Of a stretch of DNA of 64,000 nucleotides, positions 36,915 to 51,052 are shown piece after piece. The notes below the pieces were generated by a model, which saw only the letters and a program-made list of their open reading frames with translations, made no database searches and was not told where the DNA came from. The stretch is from Octopus vulgaris (lineage: Eukaryota), in NCBI GenBank assembly GCA_951406725.2, contig OX597840.1, forward strand, positions 21,948,001-22,012,000. Reading direction: 5' to 3'. A program made the translations under genes and the position numbers. Positions within the stretch are counted from its first letter, which is position 1, and every line of letters starts with the position of its first letter.

Positions 36915-38454
36915 AATTACACACTCTCACGTCAAAGAGAAACGTGTGTGTATAAGTGCGCATGTATAGCTGTCTACCTACCTACTTATATATCTATCTG
37001 TCTATCTATCTACCTATATATCTGTCTGTCTATCTATCTACCTACCTCCATACCTGTATGTCTATCTGTCTATCTACATATCTGCCTGTCTGTCTGTTTG
37101 TCTATCTATCTATCTATCTGCCTGTTAGTCTAGATATCACACACACTCACTGACAACCATAAACATACATGCATACAATAATTCATGATAACACACACAA
37201 AGAAAATCACACATCACCCCCCCCCCTCTCTCAATCTCAGTACCATTCAGATATCTCCAACACGTTACGCTCTCACGTCTTTCTTTCACACATGTTCACA
37301 CATTCGCAAACAGTCTTGGACTCCAACATACACACACTTCAGTATACACAACCGCACAGTCCCGTATCCAAGCACACACACACACACACACATGAACTGA
37401 TTGCGCTTTAGAAACAACCCCGCACACGCACGGCTACACACACACACACACACACACTCTCAGTCACACACTCCTTTATCAGATTAACATATACGAAAAC
37501 GTATGTACTCAAAGTGGACACAAATTATAATACACATACACACACGCACATATACAAGCACACAGACACACACATACGTGCACATTGCAATGCAATGCTG
37601 TCCGAGATACACTATGCCAGGAAACAGACTGAGCTATCACCACCACCACCACCACCTCGTACACCACTGCTTTCTCCATATATATATATATATTGTGGTT
37701 CGGGTGTTGCACTCACGATTGCGAGATCATGGGTTCGATTCCCAGACCGGGCGTTGCGTTGTGCTCTTGAGCAAAGCGCTTCATTTCACGTTGCTCTCCG
37801 ATCATTTCGTCATCTGACATGTGTCACATGCTGCACCTGTACAAATAATATCGATTTGATTGGGGGGGGGGGGGAGTGAGCTTATGTGAATATGAACATT
37901 TGATCACTTTCAACAAATCGTCTGTGGTTGTTGAGCAAGAAATTGCTGAACCCTCACACATCATCTAACAATAGGAGAGACCATGATATATATATATATG
38001 TACATATATACATATATATTTCTTTATTGCCCAGAAGGGGCTAAACATAGAGGAAACAAACAAGGACAGACAAAGGGATTAAGTCGATTACATCAACCCC
38101 AGTGTAAAATTGATACTTTATTTATTGACCCCGAAAGGATGAAAGGCAAAGTCGACCTCGGCGGAATTTGAACTCATAACGTAGAGACAGACGAAATACC
38201 GGTAAGCATTTCGCCCAGCGTGCTAATGTTTCTGCCAGCTCACCGCTGTTTTTGCACATCTTCTAACGTTGGAGATGTACTATGGTGTCATCTGTTCACT
38301 ACCAGTGAACTAAGGTAACACCTCTTATTTTTCGAGCACCTTCCGAAGTATTTGAGTGGTTCCAAGCAGTGCTGTTTTCTGCAAGTGCTCCACCCTTATT
38401 TGTTCCTCATACTTCTCGAGATTTTTGCTCCCTGTTATTATTATTATTATTATT

Positions 38455-39012
38455 GAGTGAGAGAGCAGTGCATGCCCTCAAAGTGACACTGGGGTACAAA
38501 TATACGAAGCCCAGTATACCCATCATGACTACCTGTCTGATAAGGGTACACTAGGCACATGCATCACAATCCTATGTGCACGACATGGTGATCTCATATC
38601 AAGATAAACAGCACATGACTTTGCAGGTGGGGCCCAGTTAGAATTTTCTTCAGGTTGAGTAGCCCATCCCGCTCAAAAGGTCCCTGAATAAGGGTTGTTT
38701 AAGGATGTTGAATGAAACACCCATGTTTCCAGAGGTGAATTATTCAAACCCCAAAGAATCCCTCTCAACACATGGCTATGATGCTCCCTCACTACTTCTG
38801 CTCGTGATCAGAGATGCACATATCGTCAGCCACTAAGGGATATGCTCAAATGGTTAAGGTCAAACAACTAACAAGCAAATCTGTGGTATTGAGCAGAATA
38901 TTTGTTGTAGCCCATCTTTTATACCAAGACAAAACAATGTACATGATAACATTTCCAATCAGTTAAGATCAGAAGCCATGAGAGCCACTGCCTGGTACTG
39001 CACCAGGGCATT
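38455..39012 (-). mobile_element. Longer copy of the 22.1-kb repeat family, between (ATT)n tracts
   Basis: Homology to 22100-22412; terminal hairpin CCTGGTAC-T-GCACCAGG. Confidence 0.8.
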
Positions 39013-40489
39013 TATTATTATTATTATTATTATTATTATCATTATTATTATTATTATTATTATTATTAAGGCGGCGAGCTGGCAAAATCATTAGCACGCT
39101 GGATGAAATGCTTTGTGGTATATCACCCATTGCTCTGTTCTGAGTTCAAATTCTGCCAGGGTCGACTTTGCTTTTAATCCTTTCGGGGTTGATAAATTAA
39201 GTACCAGTGGGACACTGGGGTCGATGTAATCGACTAGTCCCCTTCCTCAAAATTGCTGTTGCAGTTGTGGTGGCGATGATAGTGATTGTTTTGCTAGTAT
39301 TGACATTGTTCCTGCTGCTGCCAGCTAGAATTATTGCGGCAGTAGTGGTGTGTCTGATGAGGATAAGGTGGGGGGCTGTCATTTGTTGGGGACACCAGGA
39401 TTCTGCTACCATCTTTTGTTTTTTCTGGAATCTCGTCGTCACCACCGTGATGCAGCTATTGGTGGTGGTGGTGGGGGGGCCGATGATGATGATGAGGATT
39501 GTAGCTTTAACATCCATCGTTTCTATCACAAACTACAGGAGTCAGAGGGGGAAATCTCATTTATTTTGTTCGTTTTTTTGTTTCTTTTTAATTTTTATTG
39601 AATTCTTTTTTTTGTTGTCATCTCCTCTGCAACGGGGGAGAGGAATCATGCGACATCCTCCCCTGGGAAGGTGTTCAACATTCTTATTGATCTTTTTTCT
39701 CTCCTTTCTCTTTCTTCTCATCCTCGTTAGTGAAAATAAACAACACCGAATCAAAATAAACATTTTTTTTTATATTAAAACAAATGATTTTTAATGATTA
39801 TTTTTGAAGACTGAATTCTGTATGAAGACAAAACACATGAATGAGGGGGGGGGGAATAAATGGTTCAAATTGACAAAGTCGATAAAAAAATATGTTTATA
39901 AACCTCGTAGAGCCATTAAAGCCGTGATTCACCAATAATAATAATAAGGATGGACTTTCCCGTCACAGACAACAGAAGAGTGTTCAGCTTTTTGCCGACC
40001 AACCTGCACAAATGGCTTGTTTATTGTGATCAAATGTTCTTGCCGCACATTAGCTGTCTCCCTCCATCAAATTGATGTTACCTGAACAGGTGAACGGTGT
40101 CAGGTGTCAAAGTGATTGCAGAGCAACGTGAGATGAAGTGTTTTGCCCAAGAACACACCAAGTTGAGGAATTGAAACCACAATCTCATGATTGTGAGTGC
40201 AACTCCCTAAACGTTAGGCCATGCGCTGACACATATAATGATGATGATGATGGTGGTGGTGGTGGTGGTGGTGGTAGTGGTAATATGAAATGATGAAAAT
40301 CCAGTTCCTACTGATAAAAGTAATCTCATAGCAGGAAGCAGAGGTGAAATCTCTAATAAACCACAGGAAAGGAACAGTGATAGCTTGCGTGATGAGAGAC
40401 ATATCGATGGTTTGGAAGAAGACAATAAAACTAATGGCGATATGAACGAAGGAGCAAAAGGCAATTTATGACAGAATAAAAGGAAAGGC

Positions 40490-40905
40490 TACAGGAGAAC
40501 TCTTTCTGCGCAATACTTTCACAAGCACTAACAATGTGAGTCACGCTTTCGACCCACTTCCCGCACATTCTGCAGAGGCCCGTTGCATTTGTGTGGTATG
40601 TATTCTTTTTTCTCTGAGTTGGTATTCAATGCCTGGTCCTGGGCAGCGATGATTAGGCTTTCTGTATTCTTTTTTGGGTCACCCTTGTTGAGCCACTTCC
40701 AGGATGCTTCCTGGTCTTTTAATTTGTTGGTTTCATGGTGGAACTAACCATGTAATTCCATGCGGAGTAGGGTTTCTTCTCTCTCGTTGGCTGTTCTTCA
40801 TTGGAATTCATGAACATTCTCAAGTCCATTTTTGTTAACTCCTTCTGCACTAGCAGCATACTGTAGCAGGTCTTGTTTGCTATTTATCAAATATTCAGCC
40901 ATGAT
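40490..40905 (-). mobile_element. R4/Dong-like fragment including the CCHC zinc knuckle
   Basis: SWKWLNKG...TESLIIAAQDQALNT...CRMCGKWVESVTHIVSAC. Confidence 0.85.
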
Positions 40906-42882
40906 TCTTCTTTCAGTGTTGATGCATGCATACATACATACACACACACATACATGCATACATAGGACGGCCTTCTTTCAGTTTCTGTCTACCAGATCCA
41001 CTCGCGCAGCTTTGGTAAACCCGGGGCTGTAGCAGAAGGCACTTGCCCATGGCACCACGCGATAGGAACTCACCTAGACTACATTGTTGGGAAGCAAGAT
41101 TCTTAACCACGCAGCCATGTAAAAACCTTGTGCAGATCTATATAAACCCATTCCCCACCCTGAGGTTTTGCGTCACACTGTTTCAGAATGACCGATATCG
41201 ATTAACAAAATTTCTATGAAGTTACATAATCTTCTTTTTCCCTCCTCACGTCTCTCCTCTCTGTTCCGCCATTACATGCACTGAATGCAAGAAATCCCTC
41301 GTGCTCTTCCAGCAGTCATTGAGAATGACGTATGACTTAAAGATGGTGACGGCATCATTTTTCATCTTTATTGAAAACCAACTTTCTAATAAGTTTCCAA
41401 CATAGACATCCAACCCCACGGCACTTTCCCGTGTTCTTTTGTATTCTTTTTCTGATATCATTTCCACGTTCCCACACAAGATGATTAACAAAGACGAGAA
41501 AGAGAGAGAAAAAAAAGATTATCACACACTAAAAATCCAAGAAAACTGACGATGGTCTGAGCTGCTAAAGAAGAATTAATATAATCCATAAACTAAGATA
41601 AATTGGTGTGTCGTTATAAAAATGTAACTTGATCGTTAACAGTTCTGTTTTGTTTTTCCGTTGACACATATTCGATATTTACTGTCTTTGTTTTTAATAC
41701 TTTTTATTTTTTAATCACTCCATCTTGCACAATTTTGAAAAAAAGCTTTCTTCTCATTCTCTCTCTCTCTCTCTCTCTTTACTCATTCATTTTAGAGCCG
41801 AACCCATTGTTCTTATCCAATTAGATCTTCTCTTTGCCTCACAAACTGACCATTCAACATTTTTTCTCCAGTTATTCATCATTTCCTGTTCTTCATTTAC
41901 TTGTAATACTTTTCCACATCTCTCTCAAGTCATCATCGATTTTATTAGCCATGCACACACACACACACGCGCTTCTTTTCATATTTTTCTATCCTAACCC
42001 TCGTCCTGCAGTTATCAAGTGTTCTGTGTCAGGACATCGAATTGCAGTCGACCTCTCCCTTTTATGCCTGTGCACCCTACAAACCCACCCCACCAACCCA
42101 CACAGTTCACAACTTAGCACTTGTCTATACAGTCTACCAACGAACACTACAATATACAAATCCACTCACAAGGCTTCCATTGGCTCGGGATTATAGTAGA
42201 AGACACTTGCCCAAGGTGTCACACAATAGGATTGAACCCGGAACCATGTGGCTGAAAAGCAAATTTCAGACACGTTTGACTTTTTCTAAACTAACAATAT
42301 GCCACGTGGACGCTATTTACACGTTGCCGGTGCGCACGAGTGGGAAGCTTGTCCAATGCCGCAGTAGCAAGAGATAATCATTCTGTTATTTTGTGTGTGT
42401 GTTTTTTTTCTGTTCCAATCCCCTAAATGAATGCCGAAAAGAAATATTACATTTAGCTATGCATGAGCCAAAGGATTTGGATTTATTGCTAAAAGCAGCA
42501 GAGATAAATTCCATGTTATCTCAGCACTGTGCCATTGTGATGTAGAAATTGGCAGTTAAACGACACGTTGCAACAGATAAGAATAGACTTAACAATCTTT
42601 TTGTTGCTCTGTCGTCGTTTCTCCTCCCAACTCGATTAAGCAAATGTGACTAAAATCTCGGCTGTAGACGGAGTTAAGTGTTTCATGCTGTGAAACATCA
42701 TCAGTCATAAAGAAGTGTTGATTATAACGTAAAAGTTGATAAAGAGATGTGCAGGGATTCATTGATAGTGAATAAAAAAAATGGCAAAGTGGTATGTAAA
42801 AAAATATTCCAGTGTAGTATTCTGTGCAAAAATATGTGGAGTATTATAAAGAATGTGTGGTGTGGGAGAAAGAGCGCAATTC

Positions 42883-43533
42883 GGATCTTTTCACTTTGAC
42901 CGGCAGATTTTTAAAATAATTTCTTTGTAACTAAACACTTTTAAACTTCGTATACTGGTAGAATGTGTTACATAAAACACCCTTTTCTCTTGGCTTTCTT
43001 GAGAAAATTCTGTAGTTTGTAAGCTATTTCGTGTTTAATTTCTTGCATTTTGGTAATTTCAACCAATCAATGACATCTGTTGAGGTGAATACAATTTCTG
43101 TGGTTGTTTGTCAACAAGTTCAACAAGAACTTCTGGCGGTGTAGGTATCACTTATAAACCCACGTGGGTTTATTTACATTTCTGAAGAAAAAAGAAACCC
43201 TTCCCCCCCACCCTAACCCCACAATCTTTTATTCATACGAACGTGACTGATATGAAATATGTCATAAATAACAGTGACAAATTAAATAGAGACTGCAGGA
43301 AGTTGTTGTTGACAAACAACAGCAGAAATTGTATTCACCTCAACAGACATCATTGATTGGTTGAAATTGCCGAAATGCAAGAAATTTAACAACAAATAAC
43401 TTAAAAACTACAGAATTTTCTCAAGAAAGCCAAGAGAAAAAGATGTTTTATGTAACACATTCTACCAGTATACGAAATTTAAAAGTGTTTACTTACAAAG
43501 AAACTATTTTAAAAATCTGCCGGTCAAAGATCC
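42883..43533. mobile_element. MITE with ~240-bp TIRs (Merlin-like)
   Basis: GGATC..TTTGACCGGCAGATTTTTAAAATA.. / ..TATTTTAAAAATCTGCCGGTCAAAGATCC. Flanked by CGCAATTC and CGCTATTC (8-bp TSD, one mismatch). Confidence 0.85.
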
Positions 43534-43919
43534 CGCTATTCACCTACCTCGTGGGGTTTCTCGTAATGTCGACCTTTCCAGTCGGGATGTATCTGTAGGA
43601 TCCCTAACCACCTAACCTTTGGCCAGAGCCTAACGGATAATTCCCTCGACTCATTGGGCCACCATGTCCGACCCCAGCGAGACCCACACTAGTCATCCTT
43701 CCGCTCACATGACCTCCCTCGCTCCTCTCCTTCCAGCAAAGCCCTTCAGCCATTCACGTGACGTCCACCTCATAAGGGTTTCTCTTTTACAGTTACGATC
43801 GGTGCCTCATACAAAGGTGCAACATTGTGTTCCCAGTTCTTCTGAGATATCTCTATATCGAGAAGGGAATGTAACATATATACTTGGCGTTTGCAGCAAG
43901 TAAGGTCAGGTGTGGGGTC

Positions 43920-44170
43920 ATGCTCCCGTTGCAGCACGTTGCTGCATTCACCATTGGTCAGTATATTTCCCGGGTTCTCCCGGGCGACCCGTTGAGCAGA
44001 ATCCCAGTCGGTCCTCATCTCCGTAAGATATCTCCTCCTTTGCCGTGACCATGTGTCATGTGGTCGACCAACATGAGCCGTCAACACAAGCGGATCCCCA
44101 GTGAAGAGAACATTGTAGGCAGGGTCTAACTCGGAAAATCGAGCAACATGGCCAAACAGCTCAGAAGCTG
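43920..44170 (-). mobile_element. RTE-like LINE C-terminal fragment
   Basis: LFGHVARFSELDPA..VGRPHDTW..AQRVARENP. Confidence 0.6.
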
Positions 44171-44329
44171 GTGCTCCCGAATCAGTCAACAGGATGCATC
44201 CCAGTTTCTTAGTAGAGTCGGTGGTTGGATTCAAATTTCAACCAATGGCAACCCATAATCCCGTGAAGGATCCTGGTACCAAAGGAGTTCAGGCGGCTTC
44301 TAAGGACCCTGGGCAGTGTCCAAGTCTCA

Positions 44330-44820
44330 CAATTATGGAGAGGCCATTGAGGACCAGCGACCTAAAGAGCCGTACATTTGTTCTCCTCCACTGATATCGG
44401 CAGAGCCAACCGCACTTGTCCAATAAGTCCACAACTCCTGACAACAAATTTTGAGCAAGGAATACAGCAAGATTTGTGCCTCGCTTTTGCTCACGGAAGA
44501 AGAAAAGCAGTCACGACTGAAAGAACAGCTGGAAGTTGATCTGGACCCTTTTTTTTGGAAGGTCATCACTGGTGACGAAAGCTGATGCTACGGAATTTCC
44601 AGAAGTGGAAGAGGTGAAGAAAAAAGCAACATAAAACGACGGATCCATTAAAAGGCATCGTTTCCCAAGAGTTCCGTGACTGCTTCGAACAGTGGAAACA
44701 CTCCTGGACTGATGCATTGTTTCAAACGGAGAATACTTTGAAGGCGATAAACGTTGAAAAGGTAAAACAAGGGAATAAATAATATTGAAAAATTCCAGTC
44801 TCTTTTGGGTACCCCCCTCT
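44330..44820 (+). mobile_element. Deleted mariner remnant
   Basis: KVITGDESW-like motif; CFEQWK..CIVSNGEYFEGD; TIR-like CTTTTGGGTACCCCCTC. Confidence 0.75.
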
Positions 44821-45675
44821 TGATTATGTGTGTGTGTGTGTGTTGCTGTCTGTCTGCCTTTGTGTCTGTGTCCGTCCCCCATCACCACTTGACAGCCGGT
44901 GTTAGTTTGTTTACATCCCCATGTTCTAGCGGTTCAGCAAAAGTGTCCGATAGAATAAGTACCAGGCTTTAAAAAAATAAATAAAAATAAGAACTAGTGA
45001 TGATTCATTCGACTATAAACTCTTCAAGGCGGTGCCCCAGCATGGCCGCAGTCTAATGACTGAAACAAGTAAAATATAAAATGACAGAAGATAAAAGTTT
45101 CAATTTCGGAAGAACCCAGAGGAACTTGCTCATGCATGACTCAGCCAAAGCACTGCGCCGCCAAATACGGAATTCTTTGAGTATCCAGCTGTGTGAAATA
45201 ACATTCCTGGCCAACTTAAAACTCTTTGAAATGTTAAGTAAAGGGCAAAATTATAAATAAATGAAAAATGATGGCCATAAAAGCAACTTCAGCCGATCCT
45301 CGATGAACGGAATCTGAAATAAAAGGCAGAATAATGAATAATTGAATAGGAAGAGTCCCCTGGAGAAAAACCATTGATTAAAGATTAAACAGAATTTTCT
45401 GGGGTTTATATCTAAGAAGACTGGAACGTTAGAATTTTATTTAATTAATTAATTAAGTAAAGCTGAAGTGATCATTTGTTTTGTCTTCGTCAAATACAAA
45501 CATAGGAATAAATTCAGGCAGACTAATTTGAAATCAATGAATATGCTCTCATCTTTTGGCATTTGTCTAATGTACGGATGGATGGATGCATGCACACACA
45601 TACACATAATGAATGGGGGCGGGGGAAACGGAAAATGGATCTACTAGACATATACCCAAAATCCAAATAATTACT

Positions 45676-45744
<69 letters not shown>

Positions 45745-46642
45745 TGTTGTTATGTTCAGTTATATGCTATAGATGCATTCATACATACACAATACACTCA
45801 TATAAACACACCTAAATGCGCAAGTATATAGACGTGTATATATATATGCGTACATATAATTATGTGTATATACATATATGCTTATACATACATGTATGAC
45901 TGTTGTGTATATACATATAAGTGTGAGTATAAATGTATATAAATACATATGTACGTACTGATGTATGTATGTATGCATGTATATATCTGTGTATATGCAT
46001 GCATATACATTTGTATACTCATATCAGAAGATAGTCACAACAAAATAACAAATTAATAAAGATAGAATTTTAAATAAATATATAAATGAACAAAGCTGTC
46101 CCAAAAATTAAAAAAAAAAATTCATAAAGATTCCATCCACCATTTAAATAATGCCAAAAAGGGGCTTTTGAACGACCCCTGTACATGAACAGAGATACTT
46201 ATCTATAATGTGCACTTGGTGTCTATCTTGCTGAGTGTTATCAGGAAAGATAATGGATGTTCAGTTTCACAAAGGAAATAAAAGGAAATTCACGAAAAAA
46301 AAGAAAATCATCTAAAACTACCTCGAGCAAAACGAAAACAACAGCAGCATCATCATCATCATCATCATAATCTTCATCATCATCTTCATCATCAACAATA
46401 ACAACACACTGAGTTGAAATGTAGCAAGAAGGACCTCGTTGCCATGACATTCCTCGGGTGTAAAATAAAAGATGAAGCATTGCATCTTAAGAAGGAGTTA
46501 AAAAAGGAAAAGCATCTCACATTCAGTCAGGTGCGGCAGCAGCAGAGGGCGCCTTAAGTGCACATCCAGTCTTCATCGTTTTTCGTTTGGGATTTAACTA
46601 AGAACAGTTGCAATACATACATACATTCATGCATACACACAT

Positions 46643-46706
<64 letters not shown>

Positions 46707-47339
46707 TACATAGATACCTATATACATACATACGTACATCATGCATACATACATATATATTTACGTGTTTCTGTATATCATGCATACATACACACATGCA
46801 CATACACATACATGCATTCATATATAGCCACACAGACATAAGAATACGTACACGCACCCTCGGGTGTACACATTCGATTTCGTACATTCAGTAATGCTAC
46901 AAAAAAAAGGTGGGACAGAAAGCAAGACCACAGGCTTCAACATGACTGACAGAAAGAAAGTTAATAGTTTGCTTCTGTCCCGATCACCCACTTGACACCC
47001 GGGGTTGGTTTGTTTACATCCTCCTAAGCTAGCGGTTCGGCTAAAAGAGAACAATAGAATAAGTATCAGGCTTCAAACTATGCACAAGTGCCTAAGCCTT
47101 CAAAGCCTTGAAGGTGGTGCCCCAGCATGGCCGCAGTCCAATGACTGAAACAAGTAAAAGGTAAAAGACACAAGAAAAAAACCCCCTTAAAATGAAACGG
47201 AGTCACACGTCAGGTGGACAAATAGGGAGACAGACAGACAGCCATGAATTGTAGAAATAAGATGAAATACATGTCAGAGATGTTTTGCCCCTGGAAGAAA
47301 CTACCAGAGATACTTAAAGATATTTCTAGCTCTTCTGAA

Positions 47340-47602
47340 GACAACTATCTCTTGTGAAGGGTAGGAGAGTCCAGTTTGCTGGACATTGTTGTAGAGCTGA
47401 AAAAGAAGTAATTTCTACTCTTCTCCTCTGGAAGCCATCTACTCGCAACACCAGAGGGCGCACACTCTCCTACCCTGATGTAATCTCCAGGGATACAGGC
47501 ATCCAGCAACAGGACCTCCGTAATGCTATGATGGACCGTGAAGTCTGGCGCAACATGGTAAATTCCATTGTCTCGACCACGGTCGAACAATGATGATGAT
47601 GA
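47340..47602 (+). mobile_element. 3' fragment of a second RTE-like family with (GAT)n tail
   Basis: RRVQFAGHCCR..LLWKP..RGR..SRDTG..MMDREVWR, then TGATGATGATGA. Confidence 0.8.
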
Positions 47603-47949
47603 AGGCTTCTGCAATGTGTGGAAAGCTCTTATATCTTCAGCAAGTATCTCAGGGTCTTCAGTCAAGGCAATACACTTAATCTGACTATATTAGACTTCGT
47701 TTGCAGAAGATCGAGGCTCATCGCCAGACTCTGGTGCCTCTGTGTGCTTCAGAATATTCTTGGTGGACACTAATTTGTGTTGTGGGAAGATTTTTGTAAG
47801 CTGTATTTTCTAAATCTGAGGGTATTTACGATGAGTGATGATAGTAATGAGGGCATACCGTCCAGTGCACTTCCTTAGCAACAGGAACAAGAAGGTCTGT
47901 GCTCTCTTGTTGCCCACAATTACTTTGAACTGATTTCAACGGCCACAAT

Positions 47950-48200
47950 CATTTCCTTGATGGTTTTCTTCAATTGTTTGGATTCCAAACGCACCTTCTT
48001 CAAGAAATAGTTCATTGATCTCACTGGAAAACTACGACAGCCGACTTCAATGGAGAATGAGAATTCATGCTATGCTTTGACAAAAGCCTTTTCAACTAAG
48101 TCCTGATATTTGGCCTTCTTCAGTTGGTGAAAAATTCCAGACATGTCTTCTGAAGGCATTGTGAGTCCAGACGCAATAATTTATTTCTTTCACTCTTAGC
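47950..48200 (-). mobile_element. Restriction-like-endonuclease non-LTR fragment (NeSL/Hero/R2 type)
   Basis: LTMPSE..KKAKYQDL..IEVGCRSF matches the ELTxP..K..KY..L..EVGxRGF motif. Confidence 0.6.
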
Positions 48201-49104
48201 AGGAATGTGTCTAGTTAGAATGATATCACCACCTCATCCAGATAATCTTAACAAGTGATGTAATAGAACTGCTAACACAGAAGAACATGATATCGACTTA
48301 TAAAGATGTTTAATATAATTTTCAGAATATTCTGGTTGCATAACGAATCACGGTGTCCCAACAAGTCATTAATATTTCTGTACCAGCTTCCAGGAATGTG
48401 TTTGTAAAATTGGTCTATCATGGCTATTTAAGCAATGAGTTCACGGATGGTTAATGGATTGGCTGGGTGTTGATGAAGGAGCAAAGACCCCTGAAATATG
48501 GCACATACCCCCATTACCCCTTTTTCACCTTCGATCTCATTGTTGTTTACACCTGACGTCTCCGATACAAAACGCCAAAACGAAATCAGTGCTGGCCACT
48601 GATTCTATGTACGCATTGGGTTCACTTGCATCTCCAAGTTTAAAAACTCGGTACAAAATAGAAAATATCCCCAAACATCATCACAACTGCTTTTGCCTTT
48701 GGGGCCTTGTCACATTCCTGTAAGAATCTGATACCGCTTGGTAGTGAAAGCTGTTGTTTGTTGGCCTTAACTGTCCAAGATGAAAAAATAGAACTGAAAA
48801 CTATTGGGGACGTGTCAATTTCCTGAATGATATTTTATGCTTAACAATAAATAATCCGTGAATCATTTGGCAGGAAATGTTGAGTGCAGTTTTGCTGGAT
48901 TGGGTCGTGTGGGTTTATAACCGACAAATTCTTTCAATATGAATAAATGATGTGTTTTGGGAATGAAATTTGCGATAAATTCAAAGACTATAAATTCTAA
49001 TATGAACTTCTAAAGTTAACTATTGATAATCGAACGAATTTTACTACTGTGTATATATTTTGTGTGTGCATAATAACCTCCCCCTTGTGTGTATATATAT
49101 ATAT

Positions 49105-49141
<37 letters not shown>

Positions 49142-49244
49142 CAAACATACATACATATGTACATACTCATACACACACATAATTGTTTATCTTTTGCTTG
49201 TTTCAGTCATTGGACAGCAGCCATGCTTGGGCACCGTCCTTGAC

Positions 49245-49700
49245 TCTCTCGTAGCTGACACGTGACGAAAGGGAATCTATCTTTCTGCCCATTTCCTTCC
49301 TAAAGACGACACATGCTTATACTGTCTCTTCTCATAAGCTTGTCTTCCTAGCGTTCATAATAATTCTTCTATCGTCTTGGTATAACAGACCTCACCGGAT
49401 TGTTCTCACTGTCCTGTTCTTGTTACCACTTTCACCCTCCGCAAAAAATCCTAAATGTTGTTTAATTTGCTTTGCGGGAAGGACTGTTTCAACGAAGTCA
49501 CATATTATCCTGGCCTTCGACGTGGAGTAGATGAAACAGCGACAACTGATGAAGGGGATTATTCTTTATGTTGCATGTCTCGTTTCTCTGTTTGTTTTTT
49601 CATTTCATTGTTCGAAAAAAAGTTTGTTTCTACATTTTTGTTTTTATGTTTTCGTTTCTCATTGTGTTCAACGTTTTTTTTGTGTCCTGTACCCATATAT
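49245..49700 (+). mobile_element. Penelope-terminal-like non-coding repeat
   Basis: Hairpin, then GAAACAGCGACAA-CTGATGA-AGGGG, then a T-rich tail ending in (TA)n; same layout as the 16.3-kb family. Confidence 0.45.
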
Positions 49701-50412
49701 GCATGTATATATACATATATATTATTTATATTATGATAGATAGATAGATAGATAGATATACACATCGTACTTTCTTCAGATTCCGCCACCCAAATCCATT
49801 CACAAGGCTTTGGTTGACCCAAGGCTATAGTAGAAGACACTTGCCCGAGATCCCAGGCCGTGGGACTCAATCCGGAATCATGTCGTGAAGTGAGCTCTAT
49901 GCTGGTGGTTCTTACATCAAAAACCACCTGTGGATATTCCATGCCCAAGACATCCACGTTTCCATTGATGCCACTGAACGAAACATCTGACTACAAAAGA
50001 AGCAGTCATCATTAGCAAGACCAAACGACATCTTAAAAACAGAACTGAGCTGCACTCAGCTGATTGGCTTTGGAGCTGAGTGTAACCGGCCATACTCACA
50101 CACGCATACATACGCTAGAGAGCTCAACCAACGATAATTCAGTGCACCAAATCTCCAAAGATTTCCTGGAAAAGAGTTCTTAAACACCCAAAAATCGAAA
50201 TACATGATAAAAGTACGTAGCGTTCACTTAGCTTATTTCTTATAAAACGCATTGTTTTGGTTTCTTTAAAAAAATTAATAACAGTCAATACACCCATCCA
50301 TACATGCAATTACACACATACATACACGCACACATATATATACTTATATAAATATACATACACGTGTGTGTTTACATATATATGCATATATACATATACA
50401 TACCCTCACACG

Positions 50413-50447
<35 letters not shown>

Positions 50448-50850
50448 GTATATATATATATATATGTGTGTAAATATGTATGTGTAAATATGTATGTATA
50501 TGTGTGTATATATATATATATACACATATATATATATACATGTATGCACACACTCACATTTATATAATACAATACAGCTGAATGTTGGATGTTGAGAATA
50601 AATAAAATACTGGAATTTTCTTTTATAAATTAGATTAAAAAATGTCTAAGATATGTTATCTTATGCAAAGAACCCAGTGTATGGTAAGTGTCTGACTTCA
50701 GTTACCAAAATGCAATGAGTTGGCCAAGGAATGTTCACATTTGATAACAGATTTGATTTGTTAAATTATATTTATAAACCAAGTTAGGTTCGAAACTGTC
50801 ACACCTAATTATAAAGAATGTTCTTGATGCCCTCCCTCTCACTTTCTCAG

Positions 50851-50896
<46 letters not shown>

Positions 50897-51017
50897 GTAA
50901 ATCCCCCTCCCCCCAAAAAACAAACGAAGAACAAACACAAGAAGAAGAAAACGACAAAAGGCGAGGATGTGGTCCATGCAAAGTATTAGCAGACACTCAG
51001 GTAAGGAAAGAAAGGTG

Positions 51018-51052
51018 GTTTTACGTTTCGAGCAAAGCTCTTCATCAGAAAC
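51018..51052 (-). ncRNA. Minimal type I hammerhead ribozyme, intact core
   Basis: Minus strand GUUU CUGAUGA A GAGC-UUU-GCUC GAAA CGUA^ AAAC: 4-bp stem I, 4-bp stem II, palindromic ACGU stem III. Confidence 0.8.

Noticed and set aside
37695-37760. tRNA gene (GGTTCGATTCCC B box)
   Set aside because: No complete cloverleaf, and it continues into a SINE body; treated as a SINE head.
40285-40470. ~60-codon acidic open frame on the plus strand
   Set aside because: No splice signals or recognisable domain; adjacent to R4-like debris, so likely element-derived.
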